Below, piece by piece: positions 37,417-45,619 of a stretch of 58,786 nucleotides of DNA. Positions within the stretch are counted from its first letter, which is position 1, and every line of letters starts with the position of its first letter. Origin of the DNA: Candidatus Caenarcanales bacterium (GTDB lineage: Bacteria; Cyanobacteriota; Vampirovibrionia; Caenarcaniphilales; Caenarcanaceae); the NCBI GenBank assembly GCA_947494115.1, contig CANLTT010000002.1, positions 1-58,786 of the forward strand, given 5' to 3'. The translations under genes were made by a program, and so were the position numbers. The notes under the pieces are model-generated. The model saw nothing but the letters and a program-made list of their open reading frames with translations, had not been told where the DNA came from and ran no database searches.

Positions 37417-37545
37417 CTAACTGAGAAACATAAAGACTTTTTATTAAGCATTAAAACTGATCTGAAAAATATTGAAGACTTAAGAAACTGTACAGCTCAC
37501 AATAGAACACCTTCTAATCGAGAAGAAGAGCGCAAAACTAGCTAA
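37417..37545 (+). pseudogene. Possible remnant of a HEPN/Abi-type gene (C-terminal 42 codons with an Rx4H motif)
   Basis: The open frame reads LTEKHKDFLLSIKTDLKNIEDLRNCTAHNRTPSNREEERKTS*. 'LRN..AH' is the HEPN catalytic motif seen in Abi_2/AbiD-like proteins. It has no start codon and begins right after the truncated repeat. Confidence 0.3.
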
Positions 37546-37873
37546 ATAAACTAACCAAGTGCTTCAGGCTAGATTGAACAGTTTCTTTATCCAATGATTG
37601 TAGAGTACCCAGTTTAAGCTTTGCAAGGGTTTTTTCAATAGTAATTATCTTGTGAATTCTCACATAAGAAGGCAATGATAAACCTGCTTTTTCCCATTCA
37701 GTCAGCTCAATATCATAATCCGATTTAACTTTCTTACTGGTAATTCTGGCTATTAATAAATCGCTGTCTTGAGTATCCAATAAAACCAAAGAAGGCCTCA
37801 GTTTAGATTGAACTTGGTTTGTATAGGGAAAATCAACTAGGACAATATCAGCAAAATTAAATTCTTTGTTCAT
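37538..37873 (-). CDS. Type II toxin, PemK/MazF family (mRNA interferase fold)
   Basis: 'ADIVLVDFPYTNQVQSKLRPSLVLL......LIARITSK' matches the MazF/PemK signature. 111 aa. Its start overlaps the upstream small gene by 4 nt (ATGA). Confidence 0.85.
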   Translation of the reverse strand: MNKEFNFADIVLVDFPYTNQVQSKLRPSLVLLDTQDSDLLIARITSKKVKSDYDIELTEWEKAGLSLPSYVRIHKIITIEKTLAKLKLGTLQSLDKETVQSSLKHLVSLFS

Positions 37874-38088
37874 GCAATGAGCTTTCTGTACTTCTCATCA
37901 TAAATTGAGTCAGCTTGATCATCATCTTTGAGAAAGTTTTCAATGCCAGCTTTTTTGAAAACCTCTTCATCTGAATCAAGAGATTCAATCGTTATTTGAA
38001 CTTCCTTGCCCTGAAATACATCAAATAAAGCCAAAAGATCATTCACATTACCTTGTTCAATTTTTTTAATGGCCTTAACTTGTTTCAT
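37870..38088 (-). CDS. Putative cognate antitoxin (72 aa, acidic C-terminus, family not recognised)
   Basis: Position and 4-nt overlap with the toxin gene, small size, and an acidic tail 'DDDQADSIYDE'. I could not see an AbrB/SpoVT, RHH or Phd motif. Confidence 0.6.
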   Translation of the reverse strand: MKQVKAIKKIEQGNVNDLLALFDVFQGKEVQITIESLDSDEEVFKKAGIENFLKDDDQADSIYDEKYRKLIA

Positions 38089-38117
38089 AAGATTAAGAAA
38101 TGAATTAGACCCGCCAC

Positions 38118-38133
38118 TATCCTAATCAGGATA
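38118..38133. promoter_or_regulatory. Perfect palindrome TATCCT-AATC-AGGATA 30 nt upstream of the antitoxin start; candidate TA operator
   Basis: Seen directly in the sequence. Type II TA operons are commonly autoregulated through palindromes in this position. Confidence 0.35.
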
Positions 38134-38245
38134 CCCTGAGACGACATTGGTCGACTTTCAAATAGAGCAGGTCATTTATAAATATTATATACCCTTTATT
38201 AAACTATTGATTAACTTTTTAGGGATAAATCTAATTTAAAAGTAG

Positions 38246-38788
38246 TTATATCTTGTATTTTGATTGTATTCTTGCAAGCTCGTCTTTTGTATTTTGTGCA
38301 GCATTATAACGAACTTCGGCACTGATAAAAACTTTTCTCAAGCGAGTTTCTAGTGCGGAAAATTCTGAAATCCGTTGAAGAGTTTTTGTTTCATTGCGAA
38401 TAGCCCAACATCTAACATTCATTTGCCTAAAATTTGAGTCACAACAACCCGTTAAAAAGCCTAAAATCAGTAAGCTGTGGGCAAATTTTTTTACAAATTC
38501 AGCTACTGATCTTCCTTTATCAGTATGTTCTGTCCATTCGATTAAGTAAATGGTTTTGCTACTTTCATCATAATAAAAAGCGTCAGCCGACTTAGCAAGA
38601 TCATTTTCGCCAAATGCAAGAAAACCACAAAGAATCTCTTTTTTTGCACAATCAAAATTATAAGCATTTATAGAAATTTCTTCATTAATTTTCAGGTTTT
38701 GAGGAGATTGGAATCTTCGGAGTATTTCAGCTAATTGAGAAATGTAAGTTTCCGTATTCTGCATTGCTTTTTCAATCATCAACTTCAT
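38246..38788 (-). CDS. 180-aa protein of unknown function, translationally coupled to the upstream ATPase (candidate effector/partner)
   Basis: The start overlaps the ATPase stop by 17 nt. I found no HNH, Toprim, HEPN or Walker motifs. The only weak cue is 'AFYYDESS...IYLIEWTEHTDKG', a possible degenerate PD-(D/E)xK-like arrangement. Confidence 0.6.
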   Translation of the reverse strand: MKLMIEKAMQNTETYISQLAEILRRFQSPQNLKINEEISINAYNFDCAKKEILCGFLAFGENDLAKSADAFYYDESSKTIYLIEWTEHTDKGRSVAEFVKKFAHSLLILGFLTGCCDSNFRQMNVRCWAIRNETKTLQRISEFSALETRLRKVFISAEVRYNAAQNTKDELARIQSKYKI

Positions 38789-40187
38789 TGTTTATTTTAT
38801 CCATAGCCGCTGACATTTTTTCAAAAATAGGAAATGGATCTTCGTCGGTTAAGTTTTTCAAAATACTCCCGTCATCTCCATCTTTTTCTAGATAGTAAAG
38901 TCTAAAATCTTCTTTAATGATATTTGAGCGGTTTGCATAAGTATAAAGAGCCTCAAGCATATAAGGGCTATGTGAATTTATGAAAATTGGTATACCTATT
39001 TCGGCTAATTTGACTAAAAGCTTAGCTAGCTCTATTTGCCATTCAGGATGTAAATGAACTTCTGGTTCATCAAATAAAAGCAAAGAGTTTGGCACAATTA
39101 AACCTTCAACTCCCAGCAGTAATTGTAAAATACCAAAAGCTTTTATGCCTTCTGCCGTATTTGAAACTGGTAATGAAACTTTTTTCCCTTTCTTCTCAAA
39201 TCTAAAAACAAAGTCTCTCTCTTTATCATCATATTCAAGGTAACCACCTGTCAACTCCTTAATTTTCTCCATCAAGAAATTAGAAACTCGCCCTTCAAGA
39301 GGATAAAAAGAATCTGAACTTAAAATCAATTTGCTAAATAAATCTGCAATAATTGCACCGAGAGATTTACTAATTTCATATTCTTGTCTATAAGAATTTC
39401 CAAAAGAGGTCAATCCTAAATATCTTCGACTTGTTGTTAAAGAAATGAATTTAAAGAATTGCAAAATCACTGGAGAAAACAAATAAGTTATCTCCTTTAG
39501 AGGGAGAGTTGAAGCATTTACAAAATCTGCAACCTTATTATTTTGAACTTGTACACTAATTAATTCGTTATTATTTTCATCTGAAACCTTAACGGTGGCG
39601 GCTGATTGAGAAAATAAATTATTAAAGTTTTTCTTGAAAGTTGTATTAAGAAAGTTATCAAAACATTTCTTGTGGGCAATATTCGCTTCTGGCTTTTCCA
39701 AATCCCTTTCAAAAGTTTCTATCTCTTCCAGTAATTCAGTGAATTTGGATTTATATTCATCTTCTAGCTTTGGTTCTATAGTAAGAGAATAGCAAAGCTC
39801 TTTTAAGCTATTTAACTTTGTAGAAATAATATCGTCATTTTGCCTGTCAATTATTGAGAGTTTGTCTTTAAAATCACGCAGAAAATCATAATCTTTAGAA
39901 GCTTCTTTGATTAATAATTTTTCCTGATCCTTGTCAAGAATTAACCTCTTTGGTCTTGTAATAGATCTAATAATTAAATCTGTTTTACGAAATAAAAACT
40001 CTAACTGTTCTTCTTGAGAGCTTTCTAGAAATTGCTCGGAGTCTTTAACAGTCTTAATAAGCGAAAAGATTGTTTTAGAAATAAAGGTTTTACCTGTCTT
40101 ATTTAAACCAGCTATGACTGTAAGCCCACCAATATCAAACTCAGCAGATTTAATCGGCCCTGTATCGTTTAACTTAATTTTTATCAT
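38772..40187 (-). CDS. ABC/SMC-type AAA ATPase (AAA_15/AAA_21-like, OLD/RecF-like ATPase head without a fused nuclease)
   Basis: Walker A 'AGLNKTGKT' near the N-terminus, then a ~270-aa helical/insert region. Signature-like 'SNTAEGIKAF', Walker B 'LLLFDEPEVHLHP' and H-loop 'INSHSPYML'. A GGAGAG Shine-Dalgarno lies just upstream of the ATG. Confidence 0.8.
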   Translation of the reverse strand: MIKIKLNDTGPIKSAEFDIGGLTVIAGLNKTGKTFISKTIFSLIKTVKDSEQFLESSQEEQLEFLFRKTDLIIRSITRPKRLILDKDQEKLLIKEASKDYDFLRDFKDKLSIIDRQNDDIISTKLNSLKELCYSLTIEPKLEDEYKSKFTELLEEIETFERDLEKPEANIAHKKCFDNFLNTTFKKNFNNLFSQSAATVKVSDENNNELISVQVQNNKVADFVNASTLPLKEITYLFSPVILQFFKFISLTTSRRYLGLTSFGNSYRQEYEISKSLGAIIADLFSKLILSSDSFYPLEGRVSNFLMEKIKELTGGYLEYDDKERDFVFRFEKKGKKVSLPVSNTAEGIKAFGILQLLLGVEGLIVPNSLLLFDEPEVHLHPEWQIELAKLLVKLAEIGIPIFINSHSPYMLEALYTYANRSNIIKEDFRLYYLEKDGDDGSILKNLTDEDPFPIFEKMSAAMDKINNEVDD

Positions 40188-40288
40188 CTCTCCATATTAT
40201 TCCATCTAATATAATAAAAGTTTGACTCAAAAAATAATTTAATGTTTCCATTAAGTTAGAAAAGTCGCAAATTGCAAGTACAACTAAC

Positions 40289-40361
40289 TGGAGCTAAGGG
40301 GATTCGAACCCCTGACCTCTTCAATGCCATTGAAGCGCGCTACCAACTGCGCTATAGCCCC
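40289..40361 (-). tRNA. tRNA-Ala (anticodon GGC)
   Basis: The reverse complement folds as a cloverleaf: GGGGCTA/TA/GCGC-AGTTGGTA-GCGC/G/CTTCA-ATGGCAT-TGAAG/AGGTC/AGGGG-TTCGAAT-CCCCT/TAGCTCC/A. The G3:U70 Ala identity pair is present. No encoded CCA. Confidence 0.92.
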
Positions 40362-40385
40362 GTGAGTGTTTATATTATCAGAAAT

Positions 40386-40414
40386 TTGACAATAAGGGAA
40401 CTAGCTAGTAAGAT
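40386..40414 (+). promoter_or_regulatory. Sigma70-type promoter for tRNA-fMet: TTGACA - 17 nt - TAAGAT
   Basis: The -35 is at 40386-40391 and the -10 at 40409-40414. The tRNA starts at 40441. Confidence 0.5.
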
Positions 40415-40440
40415 TAAGTTTCAGTCCAGAAAATGGATTC

Positions 40441-40514
<74 letters not shown>

Positions 40515-40634
40515 ATTATTTAAGAAATCACATTGTAGGCTTAATTGTCTGACAGAGACGCTCAATTCAACTTTCAGGTTATATGGTTTCTTTTTGCTTT
40601 TGCTATAATCGTGTTTTTGCAAAATAGAAATTTA

Positions 40635-42014
40635 ATGAAAAATATAAACTTTTCGCCTTTAAACCGTTTAATGGACAGTTTTGGTGTTTTGCTTGGTGTT
40701 TCGGCTTTAACTTTTTTGGTGATCAGATTAAATATTACAATTTCTCAGATTAAGCCTTTATTGCCAGTTTTAAGCTTTTTAGCTATTAGTATAATTTTAG
40801 GTTTTAAGCAAATACGTTCTAAATTGTTTTGGGCTGGTTTAATGGCTTTTGTTTTTATTATTTTTACGCCCCTTGGCAAAATTTTTCCTTCGGCAATTGA
40901 GCCAAGTGCAGTTTTTTTAGAGCTTGCTTGGAGAAAGGCTTTATTCCCCATTTTATGGGTTTTGGTTTTGATAATATTTGCCGCTCGTTCTTATTTGACC
41001 GAAAAAAAGATTTTGCTTAATTGTTTTGGTTTTATTTTTTTATTGGCTTGTGTTTTTAATCTTTTTGGGGCAATTTTAGGCCAAAGCAAATTAAATTTTA
41101 TAATTCCTCTGAAAACGCCTATTGTGCTTAAAGCTGGCGATCCTTTGGCTGATTTAAGGCTGAATCCTTCGATTAAACCAGAGGCACTAGAAAGAGAAGA
41201 AAAAAGATTAGGCCTGAAAGAAAATTTATTTAAACAATATTTGCTTTGGCTAGATGGCATTATGGTGCGTGGCGATTTTGGCCTAACTCAACAAGGTGAA
41301 CCAGTTACTTCGGCTATTAAAAGCCCACTGCGTAATACTTTAATTTTAAATATGGTGGTTTTGTTTTTTACTTGGTTTTTGGGCGTGCCTTTGGGTGTTT
41401 TGGCTGGTATGCGCAAAAATGGCTTAATAGATAAATTGATTTTAACTTTTTCGTCTTTGAGCTTAACCACGCCTTCTTTTTTGCTAACTATTTTTATTTT
41501 GGCGGTAGCCGTTAAACTTGGTATTGGGCAAATTGGTGGCCTAACGAGCGTAAACTTTAATGAACTTGGTTTTTTTGGCAAATTTCTAGACTTGGCAAGC
41601 CATTTATTTTGGCCAGTTTGTATTTTAACTTTTGTAAGTTTAGGCGGCTTAATTAGGCAAATGCGCGGAAATCTATTGGATATTTTAAATGAAGATTATA
41701 TTAAAGCCGCCCGTGCTAGAGGTATTCCAGAGCATGTAATTTTATGGAACAATGCTTTACAAAATGCTATTAACCCCTTAATTACACTTTTGGGTTTTGA
41801 GTTTGCGGCTTTGGTCTCTGGGGCGGCACTTACCGAAATGATTTTGGCTTATCCAGGTATTGGAGCTTTAACACTTGAAGCCGCTAAAAGATTAGACATA
41901 AACTTAATTATGTTCAATTTACTGCTTGGTACAATTATGCTTATGCTTGGTAATGCCTTTGCAGACTGGCTTTTAAACAAAATTGATCCTCGAACGAAAA
42001 CCAATTTAGCTTAA
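40635..42014 (+). CDS. ABC transporter permease, OppB/DppB type, with an extra ~150-aa multi-TM N-terminal extension
   Basis: 'LGLKENLFKQYLLWLDGIMVRGDFGLT', and the EAA-loop region 'DYIKAARARGIPEHVILWNNALQNAINPL'. The ORF is open from a TTG at 40545, only 31 nt after the tRNA. The ATG at 40635 is the more plausible start. Confidence 0.8.
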   Translation: MKNINFSPLNRLMDSFGVLLGVSALTFLVIRLNITISQIKPLLPVLSFLAISIILGFKQIRSKLFWAGLMAFVFIIFTPLGKIFPSAIEPSAVFLELAWRKALFPILWVLVLIIFAARSYLTEKKILLNCFGFIFLLACVFNLFGAILGQSKLNFIIPLKTPIVLKAGDPLADLRLNPSIKPEALEREEKRLGLKENLFKQYLLWLDGIMVRGDFGLTQQGEPVTSAIKSPLRNTLILNMVVLFFTWFLGVPLGVLAGMRKNGLIDKLILTFSSLSLTTPSFLLTIFILAVAVKLGIGQIGGLTSVNFNELGFFGKFLDLASHLFWPVCILTFVSLGGLIRQMRGNLLDILNEDYIKAARARGIPEHVILWNNALQNAINPLITLLGFEFAALVSGAALTEMILAYPGIGALTLEAAKRLDINLIMFNLLLGTIMLMLGNAFADWLLNKIDPRTKTNLA

Positions 42015-42563
42015 AGTATCATAGTTTTTGCGGCCATATTCAGTGCTATAAAACCAAATCGTGGCTATCAAAGCACCAAATAAAGCGCCAGCCATAATAT
42101 CGCTCGGAAAATGAACACCTAAATATATACGGGTATAGCCAACATAAAGGGCAAAAGCAATCGAAATAATATTTAAAAGCCAATTTTTACGGTTAAATAA
42201 ATAAATCAAGCTTGCCATGGTGCTAGAGGTAATCATATGTCCAGATGGAAAAGAACCCGAAGTTGGCTTAAAACCATAAACACAACTTTCTTTAATTACC
42301 AAAAAAGGCCGTGGAACATTAAATAAAGGTTTTAAATATTCGTCGGTTAAATACCAAGCAATAAAAAAACCAGCCAAGCATATACAAAAAGAATAAATGC
42401 CTCTTTTGCCTTGAACCAGAGAGGTAAATAAAATTATCAAAATCCAAATATGAATACTATTATTAGAAATAAACAAATTAAACTTGTCTAAAGGGCTTCC
42501 AGAGCACAAAGTAACCGAATGAAGAGTCTGGAAAATATTTATATCGATCGGTAGAGAAGACAT
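42006..42563 (-). CDS. PAP2-family lipid phosphatase (undecaprenyl-diphosphatase/PgpB-like)
   Basis: The three PAP2 motifs 'KPLFNVPRP', 'SFPSGH' and 'TRIYLGVHFPSD'. Confidence 0.88.
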   Translation of the reverse strand: MSSLPIDINIFQTLHSVTLCSGSPLDKFNLFISNNSIHIWILIILFTSLVQGKRGIYSFCICLAGFFIAWYLTDEYLKPLFNVPRPFLVIKESCVYGFKPTSGSFPSGHMITSSTMASLIYLFNRKNWLLNIISIAFALYVGYTRIYLGVHFPSDIMAGALFGALIATIWFYSTEYGRKNYDTLS

Positions 42564-42688
42564 TTTTTTAAGATAAAAGCAAGTTTGTAGATCATAGCAA
42601 AAGAAATTTTTTTATTAAGAAAAACAAATTTGCCCTAAAACTTTTTAGAAGAATTGCAAAAAACAAGTCTGCAAAATAAACTTAAAGA

Positions 42689-43573
42689 ATGTTTAAAAAA
42701 ATTTTATTAATTGGCGGTAATGGCTTTATTGGTAAATATATTGCCCAAAAGCTTAGCAAAGGCAATTTTAAAGTTTTAAGCCGCCACAAAGCTCATTCTG
42801 AGGGTTTTATACAAGGTGATTTGCTCGATGTAAATTCACTGATAAAAGCCGTCGAAGATATTGATTGTATTATTCAGTCAGCGCAATTTGCGGGGCATCC
42901 AGTTGAGAGGCCTTGGCTTGGCTCTGAATTTACATATATGGGCTTTGATGCTAAAGGAACCCAAAATATTATAAAAGCGATTCATTATGCCAAAAAACAA
43001 GGTCAAATTAAGCAATTTATTTATTTAAGCGGAGCGGGAGCCGATTTAACTGACACCAATTTTGACTGGCTAAAAGCTAAACAAATCGCCGAAAAAGCAA
43101 TTCAAGAAAGTGGTATTCCTTTTACTATTTTTCGGCCTTCATGGGTTTATGGCAAAGGCGACCGTTCTATGAGTAAATTTATCTGGTTTGCTAAATATTT
43201 ACCTTTTTTTCCCGTTATCGGTGATGGCAATACACCAGTAAATCCAATTTATGTAGAAGATTTAGCCCAAATTATAGTTAATGCAATCGGTCAAGAAAAA
43301 GCCTTAAATAAAATTATCGAATTAGGCTCACCAGAGCTAACAATGAAAGAAGTGGCCGAAATTGTTTTAAAAATGACGGGCAAACAAAAACCTTTAATTT
43401 ATCATCCAAAGACCATGATGAAGCTTATAGGCTTTTTTGCACAATTTATTCCTTTTTCACCTATTTCGCCCTCGGCTATTGATTTTTTAACCATGAAAGT
43501 ACATTTAGCAAACCTAGAGCCAGAGGTTTTTGGTGTAAAAATTAAAAGCTTAGAAGAAGGAATTGCAATATAA
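42689..43573 (+). CDS. NAD(P)-binding epimerase/dehydratase-family (atypical SDR) protein
   Basis: N-terminal 'LIGGNGFIGKYI' Rossmann motif. 294 aa. Confidence 0.8.
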   Translation: MFKKILLIGGNGFIGKYIAQKLSKGNFKVLSRHKAHSEGFIQGDLLDVNSLIKAVEDIDCIIQSAQFAGHPVERPWLGSEFTYMGFDAKGTQNIIKAIHYAKKQGQIKQFIYLSGAGADLTDTNFDWLKAKQIAEKAIQESGIPFTIFRPSWVYGKGDRSMSKFIWFAKYLPFFPVIGDGNTPVNPIYVEDLAQIIVNAIGQEKALNKIIELGSPELTMKEVAEIVLKMTGKQKPLIYHPKTMMKLIGFFAQFIPFSPISPSAIDFLTMKVHLANLEPEVFGVKIKSLEEGIAI

Positions 43574-43611
43574 TCTAAAACTTATCTTGAAAAATATTAC
43601 TAATACTCTCT

Positions 43612-44331
43612 TTAAGCTTTCCAAGCCCAAATTACTTCATAACGAGAAGTCCAATTATTAATTTGAATTTTATCAAAACCACATTCTTTAAGTAGTTCAG
43701 TAATTTGTTTATTTGTTTGTTTGCGCCCTAAATAAAGCCAAGCCATATATTCAGGTGGTTTGGTTAGCAAAAATAAACCATTTGTTTTAAGGCTTAAAGC
43801 CGCCCTTTTCACAACTTGAATAAAATCTGGCAAAAATTCACCCGCTTCCATCAAAGTAATTGCCTCAAATTTTTCGGTTGTTTCTTCTTTAGCCCAAATT
43901 GCTAAATCTTTTTGAATAATTTCAATTTGCTTTTCGGAAGATAGTTTTTGTAAAGATTTTTTAAATTGAGAAAGCATTCCTTCCGAAAAATCAAGAGCTT
44001 TAATTTGGCCTTTAAACCAATCTTGTTGTAAAACCATTAAACTAATACGGCCAGTTCCACAAGCCAAATCGAGCATTTTGCTATTTTGATTTTGGCCTAA
44101 AGCATCTTTTAAAGGTTGCAAAAAAAGTTTATTTGTAATTTTGGGCGAAGTATAATTTTTATTTTTCCATTTACCTTGATAAGCCCAAGAAAACCAATTA
44201 TATAAATTTCTTAAACCATGTCGGCCTAAATAGCTAAATTCGGTAAAACCCAAAGCCCAAATAATAAAACAGCCCAAAGAAAACCAAAGCAGTGCCATTA
44301 AAACTAACCAACATTGCAAATCATTTATCAT
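43612..44331 (-). CDS. Class I SAM-dependent methyltransferase with an N-terminal TM segment
   Basis: Motif I 'MLDLACGTGRISL'. Confidence 0.8.
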   Translation of the reverse strand: MINDLQCWLVLMALLWFSLGCFIIWALGFTEFSYLGRHGLRNLYNWFSWAYQGKWKNKNYTSPKITNKLFLQPLKDALGQNQNSKMLDLACGTGRISLMVLQQDWFKGQIKALDFSEGMLSQFKKSLQKLSSEKQIEIIQKDLAIWAKEETTEKFEAITLMEAGEFLPDFIQVVKRAALSLKTNGLFLLTKPPEYMAWLYLGRKQTNKQITELLKECGFDKIQINNWTSRYEVIWAWKA

Positions 44332-44336
44332 CTAAT

Positions 44337-44846
44337 TTAGGTTCTCCTTTTAATTTTTTGGTAAAACTTTTTAGCTGAATAAGCCCAATCTGTAAGCTGA
44401 TGAGATAAACTCCCAATATAAGTTCCCATTAAAAACAATAATAGTAGCCTTAAATAATCAATAGAGAAACTATTATTCAGTTTATTTAACAAATCAAATA
44501 AATTAATTTTGGCAAAATAGCTTATCAGTAAAGCCAGAGAACCAAAAATACAAAATAAATATAAAAAACGCAAAATTGGCCCAAATAAAGAATCATGGCT
44601 TTGATTCAAAAATGAGCGATGCCCACCAAGCTTTTGATAAGGAATCCACAAAAAACGCAAAAAACCCCATCTTTTATATTGTTTGCTTTTCGTATCTAAA
44701 TCAGGGCCAAACATTAAACCCGAAAAAATAAAACTACAAGTACAAAAACTGCTTTCACCAAAACTATTTAAAAAAGCCCAGCAAAAACCAAAAAAAGGAA
44801 TAGCCAAATACCAAGTAACTTTATCGTGAACTTTACCACTAGACAT
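44337..44846 (-). CDS. Small integral membrane protein, DUF2227-like putative metal-binding protein
   Basis: N-terminal 'SSGKVHDKVTW' resembles the 'SG.THD..T' start of the DUF2227 family. 4-5 TM segments. The family is assigned from memory, so the call is tentative. Confidence 0.5.
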   Translation of the reverse strand: MSSGKVHDKVTWYLAIPFFGFCWAFLNSFGESSFCTCSFIFSGLMFGPDLDTKSKQYKRWGFLRFLWIPYQKLGGHRSFLNQSHDSLFGPILRFLYLFCIFGSLALLISYFAKINLFDLLNKLNNSFSIDYLRLLLLFLMGTYIGSLSHQLTDWAYSAKKFYQKIKRRT

Positions 44847-45004
44847 AATTCTTTTTGACGAATATTATCGCTTTTGGATTCCAGCTTTATTTTTTATTAT
44901 TTTTTGTTTTGGCGACTCTTCACCAACTTAAACGAATCTAAGAAAAATTCAAAAGATTTAAAGCCAATTTGCTATAAAATTGAGAACACAAATCTTGCTT
45001 TTTA

Positions 45005-45619
45005 ATGAATAATTTTGAAGAAATATTGGCCAAGCAAAAAATAATTGGGGTAATCCGCTCCCAAGATTTTGCAGAAGCCCAAAAACAAATTACGGCTTTA
45101 CAAAAAGCTGGCCTTGGCTTAATCGAAATTTCTTTGAATAGTGTGGACGCTTTTAAATTGTTTGAATGGACACGCCAAAATTGGCCTAATTTATGCCTTG
45201 GAGCGGCTAGTGTTTTAAGTGTAGAACAAGCTCAAAATGCTCAAAGAAAAGGTTTTGATTTTTTGGTTTCACCGATCACCGATTGTGCTTTAATGCGTTT
45301 TGCAATTGACCAAGGTTTGTCTTTTGTGCCAGGTGCTTGTACGCCAACCGAAATTGCCCAAGTACTTAAATTTTATGAATTCTCGCTTATAAAGCTGTTC
45401 CCTGCTTCTGAAACCTATTTGGGCATACAAAAAGTTTTTCCTAAAGTTTCTTTTTTGCTTAGCAGTTTTCCTCCCGAACAAATTAAAAAGCTTTCTTTGG
45501 CGGGCGCAAAATATTTTGCCATTGGTTCTTTTTTCACCGAAAACCTTAATTTGCTGTCCGAAAGAATCAATTTTATCAAATCAGAAATTGCACCTATTCC
45601 ACCTTTAAATCGGCTTTAA
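45005..45619 (+). CDS. eda: KDPG/KHG aldolase
   Basis: 'IGVIRSQDFAEAQKQITALQKAGLGLIEISLNS', 'VPGACTPTEI' and 'LIKLFPA'. Confidence 0.82.
   Translation: MNNFEEILAKQKIIGVIRSQDFAEAQKQITALQKAGLGLIEISLNSVDAFKLFEWTRQNWPNLCLGAASVLSVEQAQNAQRKGFDFLVSPITDCALMRFAIDQGLSFVPGACTPTEIAQVLKFYEFSLIKLFPASETYLGIQKVFPKVSFLLSSFPPEQIKKLSLAGAKYFAIGSFFTENLNLLSERINFIKSEIAPIPPLNRL

Noticed and set aside
38103-38112. ATTAGACCCG upstream of the antitoxin gene as a fifth MITE remnant
   Set aside because: Only 8-9 nt match the MITE terminus and no core sequence follows. This is too short to distinguish from chance.
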